This document shows positions 48,484 to 57,718 of a stretch of DNA of 64,000 nt, piece by piece. The notes below the pieces were generated by a model, which was given only the letters and a program-made list of their open reading frames with translations, was not told the DNA's origin and ran no database searches. Position numbers and translations under genes: made by a program. The stretch covers positions 35,664 to 99,663 of the forward strand of contig CAYGBE010000155.1 of assembly GCA_964348065.1 (NCBI GenBank), in the 5' to 3' direction. How positions within the stretch are numbered: the first letter of the stretch is position 1; every line of letters begins with the position of its first letter. The DNA is from an uncultured archaeon (lineage in GTDB: Archaea > Aenigmatarchaeota > Aenigmatarchaeia > Aenigmatarchaeales > Aenigmatarchaeaceae).

Positions 48484-50010
48484 ATGAAAGCAATTATGGT
48501 TAGTCTTGTTAAAAATCTTATTATTGTTTTAATAGTGTTTCTTTTGGGTCTTGGATTGCTTCTTTTAGCACGTGATGCTTTTTTAGGAAAATCCCTCGAA
48601 CAATTTAAAAGATTCAAAGTTTACAAACCTTACATTTTTAACGTAAATGATTTGTTAGTAGATCCAAATGACCCAGATGTTTTTGATGCAGGTGAATTAA
48701 GTAATTACCTTTCAACAACTTTTTGCAGTGATCTTAAAAATTGTTTAGAAGTGAATGCCAGAGGCGGAGAAAAATGCGTTATAAGTTATAAAGTTGAACC
48801 TAATGTAGATCTTGATCCTGATGACATTAGAATTGCCATAAACAACTGCCCCACAGAAGATATAAAGGAAGAGTTGTACGGTGGAATAGGAAGAAAGGTA
48901 TGTGGATTTAAGAGTGATTCGCTCAACCCAAATATAGACAGAATCAGAGAAGATAACATAACAATTGTGGATTATCAACCTTATTTGCATAACTGTTATC
49001 TTCCAGAAAGTCTTGGGACAAAAAATATTTTTGATGAAAAAGATAAGATTTATTATTTTTATAGTGGTAGGGGAGATGTGAGTGGATATGATTTTGAAAA
49101 CGGCGGAATAGTAAGAATAGTTATAACTAATGTTAGTGTAGTAGGTCTTTATGCAGACTGCTCTTATAGTGTTTATGTTTGTGGACAAAATGCCATAGCA
49201 GAATCTGAAGACGAAACACCAGTTGATGTTTTTAGAACTGTTCAGAACTTGCCTGAAGAAGAGCTCTACTATAATGAAACAGTCATTTGGAAGGGTGATA
49301 CACCTCAGGATTTTTTACAAATTTCTTTATGGTGGCTTCTTTGTAAGCCTTTTGAACTAATTGTTCCATTTCTAGATTGTGGAGATCTACCAAATCCAAT
49401 AAATTACAATATTTATGGCTATCACCCACGTACTTATGAATTTACATTTAATTCAAGCGGTTGTCTTTCACGCGGGACTTGTAGGGAAGCTTTAATTGAT
49501 GCTGCAGACGCTGGAATATGGGAATGGGGTAAAAAAAATTATAAAAAAGATAAAACAATGAAATACTTTAGAGATTCTTATTATCCAGACATAATGCGCA
49601 ATTATTTCAGCTATTCACCTATTGATATTAATAACATTTCGTATGATTCGGCAATAGCCTTTGGCTCAGGATGTTGGAATGTTAACTATGAAAATACAAA
49701 CACTGTTTACAGGCAAAGATTAATTTTTGGTGATGATGTTTTTATTGATTCAAATAGTCTATATCATATTTTTAATTTCAGTTCGCCTTTTAATCTAAAC
49801 GCAAACGAAAAATTAAGAATGAGTCTGGGAATTAAAAAAATATTTATTACGGGTAAGATGTATCATATTTTAATTGAAATGCCACCACTTATAATTTTAG
49901 ATAAAGAATCATCCAGACTTAAAGATGTTAAAGATACATATAATCTAAGAGATGATTTCGAATCAAGAACAATATTAGTTATGGATCCCATAACATTTTG
50001 TAGTGAATAA
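48484..50010 (+). CDS. giant-adhesin family paralog 1: pilin-like N-terminus (MKA + hydrophobic helix), Cys-containing extracellular protein
   Basis: 508 aa. N-terminus MKAIMVSLVKNLIIVLIVFLLGLGLLLLA. Shared signature DCSYSVYVCGQNAIAESEDE. N-terminal domain (GGIGRKVCGFKSDSLN) aligns with paralog 2. Confidence 0.6.
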   Translation: MKAIMVSLVKNLIIVLIVFLLGLGLLLLARDAFLGKSLEQFKRFKVYKPYIFNVNDLLVDPNDPDVFDAGELSNYLSTTFCSDLKNCLEVNARGGEKCVISYKVEPNVDLDPDDIRIAINNCPTEDIKEELYGGIGRKVCGFKSDSLNPNIDRIREDNITIVDYQPYLHNCYLPESLGTKNIFDEKDKIYYFYSGRGDVSGYDFENGGIVRIVITNVSVVGLYADCSYSVYVCGQNAIAESEDETPVDVFRTVQNLPEEELYYNETVIWKGDTPQDFLQISLWWLLCKPFELIVPFLDCGDLPNPINYNIYGYHPRTYEFTFNSSGCLSRGTCREALIDAADAGIWEWGKKNYKKDKTMKYFRDSYYPDIMRNYFSYSPIDINNISYDSAIAFGSGCWNVNYENTNTVYRQRLIFGDDVFIDSNSLYHIFNFSSPFNLNANEKLRMSLGIKKIFITGKMYHILIEMPPLIILDKESSRLKDVKDTYNLRDDFESRTILVMDPITFCSE

Positions 50011-50164
50011 AAATGAGAGGTCTTGATAAGGGTACAATCATAGCAATATTTGTTTTAGTCTTATGTTTATTAATTTTCTTTTTGATCTTAATAGATGTTT
50101 TTAATTTTGATATAACAAATCTAATACCACTCTGATATTTATATCCGTAATTTAAAATAAAATT

Positions 50165-52660
50165 ATGAAAGGCATATCACTTATTATTAGTGTATTCGTT
50201 CTTGTTATAACACTTTTTTTGGTTCTTACTTTTGCATCTATATTTGGTTTTTTTTCTGGAGAAGAAGACACTTCTATAGAACCATCTGATTCAATTGTAA
50301 TGGGTGATTATTCAACTTATATATTGGATGAAAATCCTGTTGATCCAAATACATATGATGAGTGCGACAAGTTAAAAAAAGCTATAAAATATACCATATT
50401 AAATGAAAGGTCTTATAAAATCGATGAAATAGCATATGGAGATGATCTTTATAGTCCTATTCCGTTTCCTTTTATAGGAGATTGTGCTGGTGAAGAAATT
50501 TTAACAGATATTGGGGGTGGACTATCACAAAAAGTATGTACATTTAGAACAATAAACTTAAATGATGTGCAAGGCAATGGTGCTGCTGGAAGCCCATATG
50601 GTGGAATAAGTGATTCTTTAAATCTTTCTTTTGATGTATGCTCTTATGGTAATGCTAATGATCCTTTTTTATTAGTAGCAGGTAATACAGGACCATTTCC
50701 TGAAGAAATTGATGCTGCCCCTAATATAGCTAAATTATATTATTCTCCTGATTATCTTTATCAAAGGGATGGAAATTACGTGCATCATCCATCACTAAAC
50801 GACAACAGTGCATTTGGTAATACCTATAATGGTCCAGGAAGATTAAAAATGTATGTTGGTAATGCAACATTTTTAGGTATTGCTCCGTTTTCTGGTGGTG
50901 ATTGTAGATTTAATCTTTATTTTTGCCCACGGCCAGCAATAGCAAGATCAAAAGAAAATGCAACAATAAAAATTTTTGATTTGTTTAAGAATTTAGAGTT
51001 ATTTTATTTTGATGTACTTGGCTTTATTCCAGACCACGTTAGAGATCAAACTGAATTGGCTGTACCTATGCCTGGTTATGATAAAAGGTTTTATAATTGG
51101 AACTACTATGATGTGCCTTTAGATGGTGAATATAAAGTTGAGACCATAATAAATGCCATTAAAGAAGGTTTGTATATAAGTACTAGAGCAAAAAATTATT
51201 TTTGGTCACATCCTCATTGGGATATTGAAAGAGACATTAATATAAATATGCCCGGAGAATGTTGGAATCCATCTTACACTAGCCGACTCACATCTAATAA
51301 TCCTGATGATCGTTCACACTCTATAAGATTTAATTGTGATGATGATAACATCTGCGCTGGCACTTTAAGAATAAAAATAGGTATAAGACATGACAATATT
51401 ACTCAAAACGTAGATGGTGAAGATAAAAATTTAAAATATGTTTCAGGAATAATTGGCTTTTGTAGTAGTCTTAGACCAGTGGCAAATTTCCTAGAATCTG
51501 CAACAATAGTAGCTGTTGGTGAATCTATTAATTTTGATGCAAGCGGTAGCTATGATGATGGCACTATTGTAAGTTATGAGTGGGATTTTGGTGATGGAAG
51601 TACTGGTACTGGTGTATTAATCAGTCATGCCTATTCAGCTGTTGGAACTTATACTGTAACACTAAATGTAACAGATGATGAAGGATTATCACGAACAATA
51701 AGTGCAACAAAAACTGTTTATGAGTGTGGAAACGGTATTTTAGAAGCTGGAGAAGTGTGTGATGATGGAAATACTATAGATTGTAATCCGTATCCTGGAT
51801 GTACTGCTGATTGTTCGAGATGGCAATCTTGTGGGGATGGTATATCAGAGTGTACTGATGTTTGTGATGATGGAAACAATGTTAATTGTGATTCATACCC
51901 TGGTGGATGTAGAGGTGATTGTAGTAGAATAGAAGAGTGTGACAACAATATAGTAGAGTGTGGAGAAGAGTGTGACGGTACTACTATACCTTCAACTTGT
52001 TTAGCAGAGGGTTTTGTTGGAGGTGTCTTAGATTGTTATGCAGGAAGTTGTACATTTGATTATACTAATTGTGTTTGTGCTGATAAATGTGAACTTGGAT
52101 TTGAATATAGGAATGGTCTAGGTGATCCATGTGTATATTCTTTAATGAGAGATTGTAGATATGGTTGTAGTGGGGATAACTTGAACTGTATACCTGGAGA
52201 ATGGTGTCCCTCAGAAACTTGTTCAGGTGGTAGCTGTCCTTTCCCAGGTCCTTATGGAGAAACAGTTTCAACAGTAGCACAATGTATAAAACAAGGTGAT
52301 CCAGCACCTACTGAAACATATGAAAATAGATGGGCAACTAATCTTATTGATTGTTTAGGAAGTTGTGGGGGAGGAGGTAATTGGTGTAATATAGGCTTTT
52401 GGTATTGTTGTGGATCTAACGAGATATGTACTGCTACATGTGCAGTAGACACAACATGTACTTATGAATGTTATGACACGGGAGGTGGTTTGAACCAACA
52501 ATACACTTGTACAGATGGAGGTGCTTGTATTAATGGTTGTGATGATTTTTGCTTTGGAAATAATAAAGTTGGATTCGGTTGTGTACTCGATACATGTAAC
52601 ATGCTAGTTGGAATTGCCTGCCCTGCAGGAACAAATTGTGTTAATGGCGCTTGTGTATAA
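50165..52660 (+). CDS. giant-adhesin family paralog 2: MKG class-III-like N-terminus, PKD domain, three Myxococcus-type Cys repeats and a Cys-rich C-terminus
   Basis: 831 aa. MKGISLIISVFVLVITLFLVLTF. PKD motif …YEWDFGDGSTGTG…GTYTVTLNVTDDEG. Three repeats of CG[ND]G…GE.CDDGN. Signature DCRFNLYFCPRPAIA. Confidence 0.7.
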   Translation: MKGISLIISVFVLVITLFLVLTFASIFGFFSGEEDTSIEPSDSIVMGDYSTYILDENPVDPNTYDECDKLKKAIKYTILNERSYKIDEIAYGDDLYSPIPFPFIGDCAGEEILTDIGGGLSQKVCTFRTINLNDVQGNGAAGSPYGGISDSLNLSFDVCSYGNANDPFLLVAGNTGPFPEEIDAAPNIAKLYYSPDYLYQRDGNYVHHPSLNDNSAFGNTYNGPGRLKMYVGNATFLGIAPFSGGDCRFNLYFCPRPAIARSKENATIKIFDLFKNLELFYFDVLGFIPDHVRDQTELAVPMPGYDKRFYNWNYYDVPLDGEYKVETIINAIKEGLYISTRAKNYFWSHPHWDIERDININMPGECWNPSYTSRLTSNNPDDRSHSIRFNCDDDNICAGTLRIKIGIRHDNITQNVDGEDKNLKYVSGIIGFCSSLRPVANFLESATIVAVGESINFDASGSYDDGTIVSYEWDFGDGSTGTGVLISHAYSAVGTYTVTLNVTDDEGLSRTISATKTVYECGNGILEAGEVCDDGNTIDCNPYPGCTADCSRWQSCGDGISECTDVCDDGNNVNCDSYPGGCRGDCSRIEECDNNIVECGEECDGTTIPSTCLAEGFVGGVLDCYAGSCTFDYTNCVCADKCELGFEYRNGLGDPCVYSLMRDCRYGCSGDNLNCIPGEWCPSETCSGGSCPFPGPYGETVSTVAQCIKQGDPAPTETYENRWATNLIDCLGSCGGGGNWCNIGFWYCCGSNEICTATCAVDTTCTYECYDTGGGLNQQYTCTDGGACINGCDDFCFGNNKVGFGCVLDTCNMLVGIACPAGTNCVNGACV

Positions 52661-52944
52661 AAACATTTATAATTTTAAATAAAAAAATTATCCTGGTCTT
52701 TTATAAACATACTTAACTTCACTTTTTCTCTTTTTATAGAATAACCAAATTAAGTAAATGGCAAGTATAATGAGTAAAGGTAGAAAAACAAGGAAAGATA
52801 AAATAAGTAGTAAAATTATAATCTTTTTTTGGTTTGACTTAAAAAATTCTTTTATACCCATATATATTCTTAAATAACAGCGGTTTAAATATTTTTTGAA
52901 ACAATATCAACACTAATTTATATACGGAAAATTAAAAATAAAAT

Positions 52945-53580
52945 ATGGAAAAGGGGCAATTCGTTCTTTATATTGTTTTGACAGTTGTACTTTTGGCACT
53001 TGTTTTTGTTTTTGTTACTCAAATGTTGTCTTTATCAGAAAGGGCTGAAGAAGAGCTCTCACCCACACTTGAAGAACCAGAAGAAGTTTTAGAATCCAGA
53101 TACACTTCATTGGTCTTATCTCCTGAAGATTTACCAGAAGATATAATTTACAAACTGTTTAGACATTTTGATCCAGTATTTTTAAATGAAACAAGTGGTC
53201 CAATAGTACTTTATAATGTATTTATATTGGACCTCAAAGGAAATGAGTATGATGATACTACTGGTTTTTTGATAGAAAACTTAACAGAAGGTATAGAAGA
53301 CTTTAGTGCTTATGATAATCTCTATCAAATAGGTAGGGATGCTCAACAACCACCAAATTGTGGAGCTGTACAAAGAACTAATGTTATAAATTATAATAAT
53401 GACTGTTGGAGTGGCGTTTTAGCCCTTGTTGGGCCCTGCAGTATTTATGTGAATGGTGATGCAAACGATAAATTTAATGATAGAATAAAAATAAGAGTAA
53501 TGTGGCGATTTACAGGATTAACATCACCTATTACAGATAGAGAAATAATTCGCCCCATAGTAACAATATGTGATGGTTGA
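52945..53580 (+). CDS. pilin-like protein (211 aa) with a class-III-signal-like N-terminus
   Basis: MEKGQFVLYIVLTVVLLALVFVFV: K-G followed immediately by a 20-residue hydrophobic helix, as in archaeal prepilins. Confidence 0.5.
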   Translation: MEKGQFVLYIVLTVVLLALVFVFVTQMLSLSERAEEELSPTLEEPEEVLESRYTSLVLSPEDLPEDIIYKLFRHFDPVFLNETSGPIVLYNVFILDLKGNEYDDTTGFLIENLTEGIEDFSAYDNLYQIGRDAQQPPNCGAVQRTNVINYNNDCWSGVLALVGPCSIYVNGDANDKFNDRIKIRVMWRFTGLTSPITDREIIRPIVTICDG

Positions 53581-53957
53581 TTTTAGTGGAAATAGAAGAA
53601 ACATTCAAAACCCTTATGGGAGTAATGATGGTGCTGGCAGTTATAATAGTAGTGGCTGTAGTAGGAGGAGGTTTAGTAAGAGGAAGCACATATATAAAAG
53701 AGTGTAATCCTGCTGAGTACGATGCAACACGTCTTGCTCCTAGTGTTGAGCCATGTGGTTTTGTCGACAGTGGTTTGGGGCCTGAACGTGTTTATTGCGA
53801 AGAAATAATAAAAATTATTGAGGGAGTTCCAGTACCCTTTGCTGACAAATGTATGGATGCAGGAAAAAATAAATGTTGCCCTATAGTAACTGAAACAGGC
53901 TATGATTGGTATGTAGAGGTAATTGGAAATCGCTGTTGTAAGGTAACGGTGCTTTAG
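53577..53957 (+). CDS. small membrane-anchored Cys-containing protein (126 aa)
   Basis: N-terminal hydrophobic helix (VMMVLAVIIVVAVVGGGLV), then a soluble domain with 6 Cys. Confidence 0.35.
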   Translation: MILVEIEETFKTLMGVMMVLAVIIVVAVVGGGLVRGSTYIKECNPAEYDATRLAPSVEPCGFVDSGLGPERVYCEEIIKIIEGVPVPFADKCMDAGKNKCCPIVTETGYDWYVEVIGNRCCKVTVL

Positions 53958-54136
53958 TGTCTGAAGAACTTATTGAAATGGTACTTATATTTATAATAGC
54001 GGGCGCACTTCTCGCAATGATAATTTTATTTTTAATGAATGTAAGATTAACAAGCGGTTTATTTGGAAACATGTTTTGGATAAGGGCGGGCATAGAAGCA
54101 CTTCTTGCCATATTAGGCATAAGAGGCGCTTTTTAA
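53957..54136 (+). CDS. 59-aa hydrophobic ORF (GTG start; alternative ATG at 53975)
   Basis: Hand-translated: …MVLIFIIAGALLAMIILFLMN…GIEALLAILGIRGAF. Not in the track. Confidence 0.25.
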   Translation: MSEELIEMVLIFIIAGALLAMIILFLMNVRLTSGLFGNMFWIRAGIEALLAILGIRGAF

Positions 54137-54181
54137 AATAATCATAATGGTATCTAATAATGCCATATATAGTGGTGTAAA

Positions 54182-54409
54182 ATGGATCAAGCTATAAAGA
54201 GTGCTGTTATAGTTATTGTATTTGTTATAGCTTTTGCACTAATAATTTTGATAATTCGTAGTGTATTAACAGGAGAAAGATTAGCAAACCAGTCATGTAA
54301 AGTGGTAACAAAATTCTTTGATCCGGTCTTATGGGTCCTTATAAGTAATGCAATAGACGTTTCTTTAAGGCCCTCAGATTTTATATGTGACACAATGGTA
54401 CCGTTTTAA
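54182..54409 (+). CDS. small membrane protein (75 aa)
   Basis: MDQAIKSAVIVIVFVIAFALIILII N-terminal helix. Confidence 0.3.
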   Translation: MDQAIKSAVIVIVFVIAFALIILIIRSVLTGERLANQSCKVVTKFFDPVLWVLISNAIDVSLRPSDFICDTMVPF

Positions 54410-54626
54410 TGGTGTAAAAATGGAATTTGAACTCGAACAAGAGACTTTTAGTAAAATTATTTATATTTTATTAGGGGTGATGGTATTAATAGCATTCGCA
54501 TTTATTTTAGATGTTATATTTTTTGGTGGGAATGTATTTGTCAGAAATATAGCTTGTTTGCTTGTGTGGTTTAATCCTATTAATATATTACCAGGTTATT
54601 TGGGTTGCGAAGCAATCCCATTTTAA
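54387..54626 (+). CDS. small membrane protein (probable start at ATG 54420, MEFELEQ…)
   Basis: A hydrophobic helix (IIYILLGVMVLIAFAFIL) follows the short polar N-terminus. Confidence 0.3.
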   Translation: MTQWYRFNGVKMEFELEQETFSKIIYILLGVMVLIAFAFILDVIFFGGNVFVRNIACLLVWFNPINILPGYLGCEAIPF

Positions 54627-54671
54627 AAACGATTTAGTTAATTTTATATTAAAAGAAGAGAAATTGAAAAT

Positions 54672-57600
54672 ATGAAAGCTGACGTTTTAATTACATTGCT
54701 TGTAATATTTATAATTGTTGTTGTTGGTTTTCTAGGCGTTTTTATTATTGGGCAAGTTTTTGGTTCAGACATAGAACGTTACTTTCAATCAACTTTCACT
54801 GGTTGCGGCAGGGAAGGACAAGAGTGTTGCCCTCAAAAGTGGTGTGACGCTGGATTAGAATGTTCTGAAATTAATATTTGTGTAGAAAAATTTGGCTATG
54901 AAGCAGGACCTAGTAATATCTATCTAATATACAATAGTACAGAATTTTTCAATAGTAGTCAAAGAGAAGATTTTTTCTACCTTAAAACTGGATTGGGTGG
55001 GGAAGATTGTTCAAATGCAATCAACTGCATTAATTGTACTAAATTATATCATTTTTCCAATGCTTTAACTTGTACAGATTGTGACTATTGTAATATAACA
55101 GACAACACTTGTGAGGACTGTTTTGTATGTGATTCTGCAGAAGGTGGCAATTATCAAGAACTTTTTGATTGTTATGATTGTGGTGGCTGTAATGTAGACA
55201 TCTCTAATTATATGGCTGATAGCTGTTCTCAATGCTCATTCTGTAATGGAGCAAACATATCAACCTATGAGAATGGTTTAAGTTGCTCTTATTGTAATGG
55301 TTGTGAACCTAATGTTGGTGATGATTGTTATTTTTGTTATGAGTGCGGTGGTTCAGAATATAAAGTATGTGAAAAATGTGAAAGAATAGCAGCAACAACA
55401 TGTGAAATTACGTCTGACTATGAATTGTGCCAAGCAGCTAAAGAAGAGGTAATGCTTTTTGATGGAGGGGGGGAGCCGATTGAAAGTTTTTTGCCTGTAC
55501 CATGGGAAACTACATATTCATTTTATACAACGGTTTCAAATGTTTTAGGTAATTGCCCTGTAACAGGAGACCTTAAAAAATTCATTGCTGAAGGTGGTAG
55601 ACAAAAAATATGTGAATACGAAAACAGTAATTTCGTAGAAAGATATTTTGAAAGTGATGACACAGCATACGTACCAGCAGATCTAATAAGAATGATCACA
55701 TCAGGAAGTATAACAGGTGAAAACAAAAAAGGAATTTTATTTAATAGTTGTGGTCCTCCACCACTCCCAGAAGAATATATAATGGGTAAATGTATTGACA
55801 CAGATGGTGGTTATAATAATTTAGTAAAGGGAACTTGTAAAGATGAAAGTACTTGTATTAATGGTTGCACTGATTATTGTAATGGGAATGCAATAGTCGA
55901 ATATGTTTGTGAATTCGATGATTGTATTCCTTTACTCCCTGAACCTCCTTGTCCTGCTGTTGAACCTCTTAATCCAAGTTGTGTTGATGGTGCTTGTGTT
56001 GGTGCTCTTGGCACTATTTATCATAATGATCCCCAAATATTTGGTAGTTCTGGAACAACTCCAAAAACTCCAGAAGATGATGTGCCTGTTAATTTACAAA
56101 TAGTAATTTCTGATGTATTGTGGAATGAAAATAGCACAAATGATTGTTCTTATAATGTTCATATTTGTTCACAAGAAGCTTTAGCAGAATCTGAAGATGA
56201 TGCTATTCTTGGTTTTTGGAACCTCTCTGCTTATTTTGATTTAAATGCTTATGAGGTAGAAATAAATGAGTGGCCACCTTTTGATTTAATTGATCCTATA
56301 TTTGAAGATGTCCAAATAAATGTGACAGCTTTTAGATACAGACCAACATTTAAAATATATGTAAATGCTAACTACGATGTACAACATATTGCAAAAGCGA
56401 TTGTAGCAGGTTTAAGAGACTATATGATTTATAATTCTTTTAATAATAAGACTGTTGAATTCTTTTGCACAAATAATAATTTACATCCAAATCTAGAAAC
56501 CTGTGTTCAAAATGATGTTTCTGTCCATCTAAATGATAAAGTTTCTTGGAATTTAGAAAGCTTTGCCTCAACTGTTGATACTTTAGCAAGTATTCCTGTT
56601 TATAAAAACATTTATTACAACTCGACCAAGACTTCTTACTCTAATGAAGAAGTTCCAATCCAGATAACATTCTTTGCTTATACAACAAACTATTCATTTA
56701 ATTATAATAATGAAAATCTATCAAGAAAAATACTTGTTTCACCAGTAATAGTTATTGGTCGTAATAGAGCAGCTGCTCCTACAGGATTATCTTTTGTTTG
56801 GGATTGTAGCAACTGGGATGAGGGAGATAAACACGATTTCTATAGCCCAACTTGCAGTGGAGACGAACCCTATGCTATTTCATGTGTATCTGAAAATTAT
56901 TATCCGACCCAAAGCACTGATGAAGGTGATTATGGTGAGGATTTAATTCAAAAAATAAAAATTAGAAACGATGAAAGTTGTGTGGTCAGATCTAGAGATA
57001 CGAGTGGTGGTAATGAACAGGGAAGAAGGGTATGTGTTTTATGTTCTAACAGAACACCCTCAATTGTTTGGGGATTAACTTCACCTTATGATCAGGATTG
57101 GTACACAACAACATGGGAAGTCGGAGAACCATGGTATATGTCTGTAGAAAGCAAAGAATGTCCTTCAGGTCATTATCCCATTTCTTGTTTGGCTGATATT
57201 GATGAATTAGATCCTAATCGGGGTGATGAGTTTGATGAAGTTGTATTAACAGATTTGTATTTAGAAGATAATAAATGCAAAGGAACGTTTCGTGATTTGT
57301 ATGGTGATGGGCCTTGGTTTAATAAGGGTGGCTATCACTGGTTTAGAATTACATTAGGTATAGTATGTTTTGATGAATATTTGGGAACTCCTAAATGGAC
57401 TGGTTATGTAAGCAAGGATGAAGGAACAGGACCTTCAGAAATTTGGCCCCTTACAATATCTGGTCATCCTATACAAAATTTCTCAAGTCTAGAATGTAAT
57501 GCAGCAGAATTTCCAGTTTCTGTTTTTTCTAGAGTAGATAGCTCAGACGCTGGAGCTTATACTGAAGACATATTGCAAAGCACGTATTTAGATGGACAAC

Positions 57601-57701
57601 GTTTTAATGTTAGTGCACGGGATATTGGACATTGTCCTTGGCATTCTCCCTGGTGTGACTGGACTGAACAAAAAAGAGATGTTGGTGTGTTATGTGTATA
57701 A
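54672..57701 (+). CDS. giant-adhesin family paralog 3: MKA class-III-like N-terminus, tandem CxxCxxC array, conserved ESED domain
   Basis: 1009 aa. MKADVLITLLVIFIIVVVGF. Seven CxxCxxC units between residues 113 and 236. Signature DCSYNVHICSQEALAESEDD. Confidence 0.65.
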   Translation: MKADVLITLLVIFIIVVVGFLGVFIIGQVFGSDIERYFQSTFTGCGREGQECCPQKWCDAGLECSEINICVEKFGYEAGPSNIYLIYNSTEFFNSSQREDFFYLKTGLGGEDCSNAINCINCTKLYHFSNALTCTDCDYCNITDNTCEDCFVCDSAEGGNYQELFDCYDCGGCNVDISNYMADSCSQCSFCNGANISTYENGLSCSYCNGCEPNVGDDCYFCYECGGSEYKVCEKCERIAATTCEITSDYELCQAAKEEVMLFDGGGEPIESFLPVPWETTYSFYTTVSNVLGNCPVTGDLKKFIAEGGRQKICEYENSNFVERYFESDDTAYVPADLIRMITSGSITGENKKGILFNSCGPPPLPEEYIMGKCIDTDGGYNNLVKGTCKDESTCINGCTDYCNGNAIVEYVCEFDDCIPLLPEPPCPAVEPLNPSCVDGACVGALGTIYHNDPQIFGSSGTTPKTPEDDVPVNLQIVISDVLWNENSTNDCSYNVHICSQEALAESEDDAILGFWNLSAYFDLNAYEVEINEWPPFDLIDPIFEDVQINVTAFRYRPTFKIYVNANYDVQHIAKAIVAGLRDYMIYNSFNNKTVEFFCTNNNLHPNLETCVQNDVSVHLNDKVSWNLESFASTVDTLASIPVYKNIYYNSTKTSYSNEEVPIQITFFAYTTNYSFNYNNENLSRKILVSPVIVIGRNRAAAPTGLSFVWDCSNWDEGDKHDFYSPTCSGDEPYAISCVSENYYPTQSTDEGDYGEDLIQKIKIRNDESCVVRSRDTSGGNEQGRRVCVLCSNRTPSIVWGLTSPYDQDWYTTTWEVGEPWYMSVESKECPSGHYPISCLADIDELDPNRGDEFDEVVLTDLYLEDNKCKGTFRDLYGDGPWFNKGGYHWFRITLGIVCFDEYLGTPKWTGYVSKDEGTGPSEIWPLTISGHPIQNFSSLECNAAEFPVSVFSRVDSSDAGAYTEDILQSTYLDGQRFNVSARDIGHCPWHSPWCDWTEQKRDVGVLCV

Positions 57702-57718
57702 ATTAAAAGAGATAGTTC

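Noticed and set aside
52688-52864. 58-aa minus-strand hydrophobic ORF (MGIKEFFKSNQKKIIILLLILSFLVFLPLLIIL…) in the gap between paralog 2 and the 211-aa gene
   Set aside because: Below any size threshold, in a very AT-rich spacer, with no conserved motif. Noted only as a possibility.
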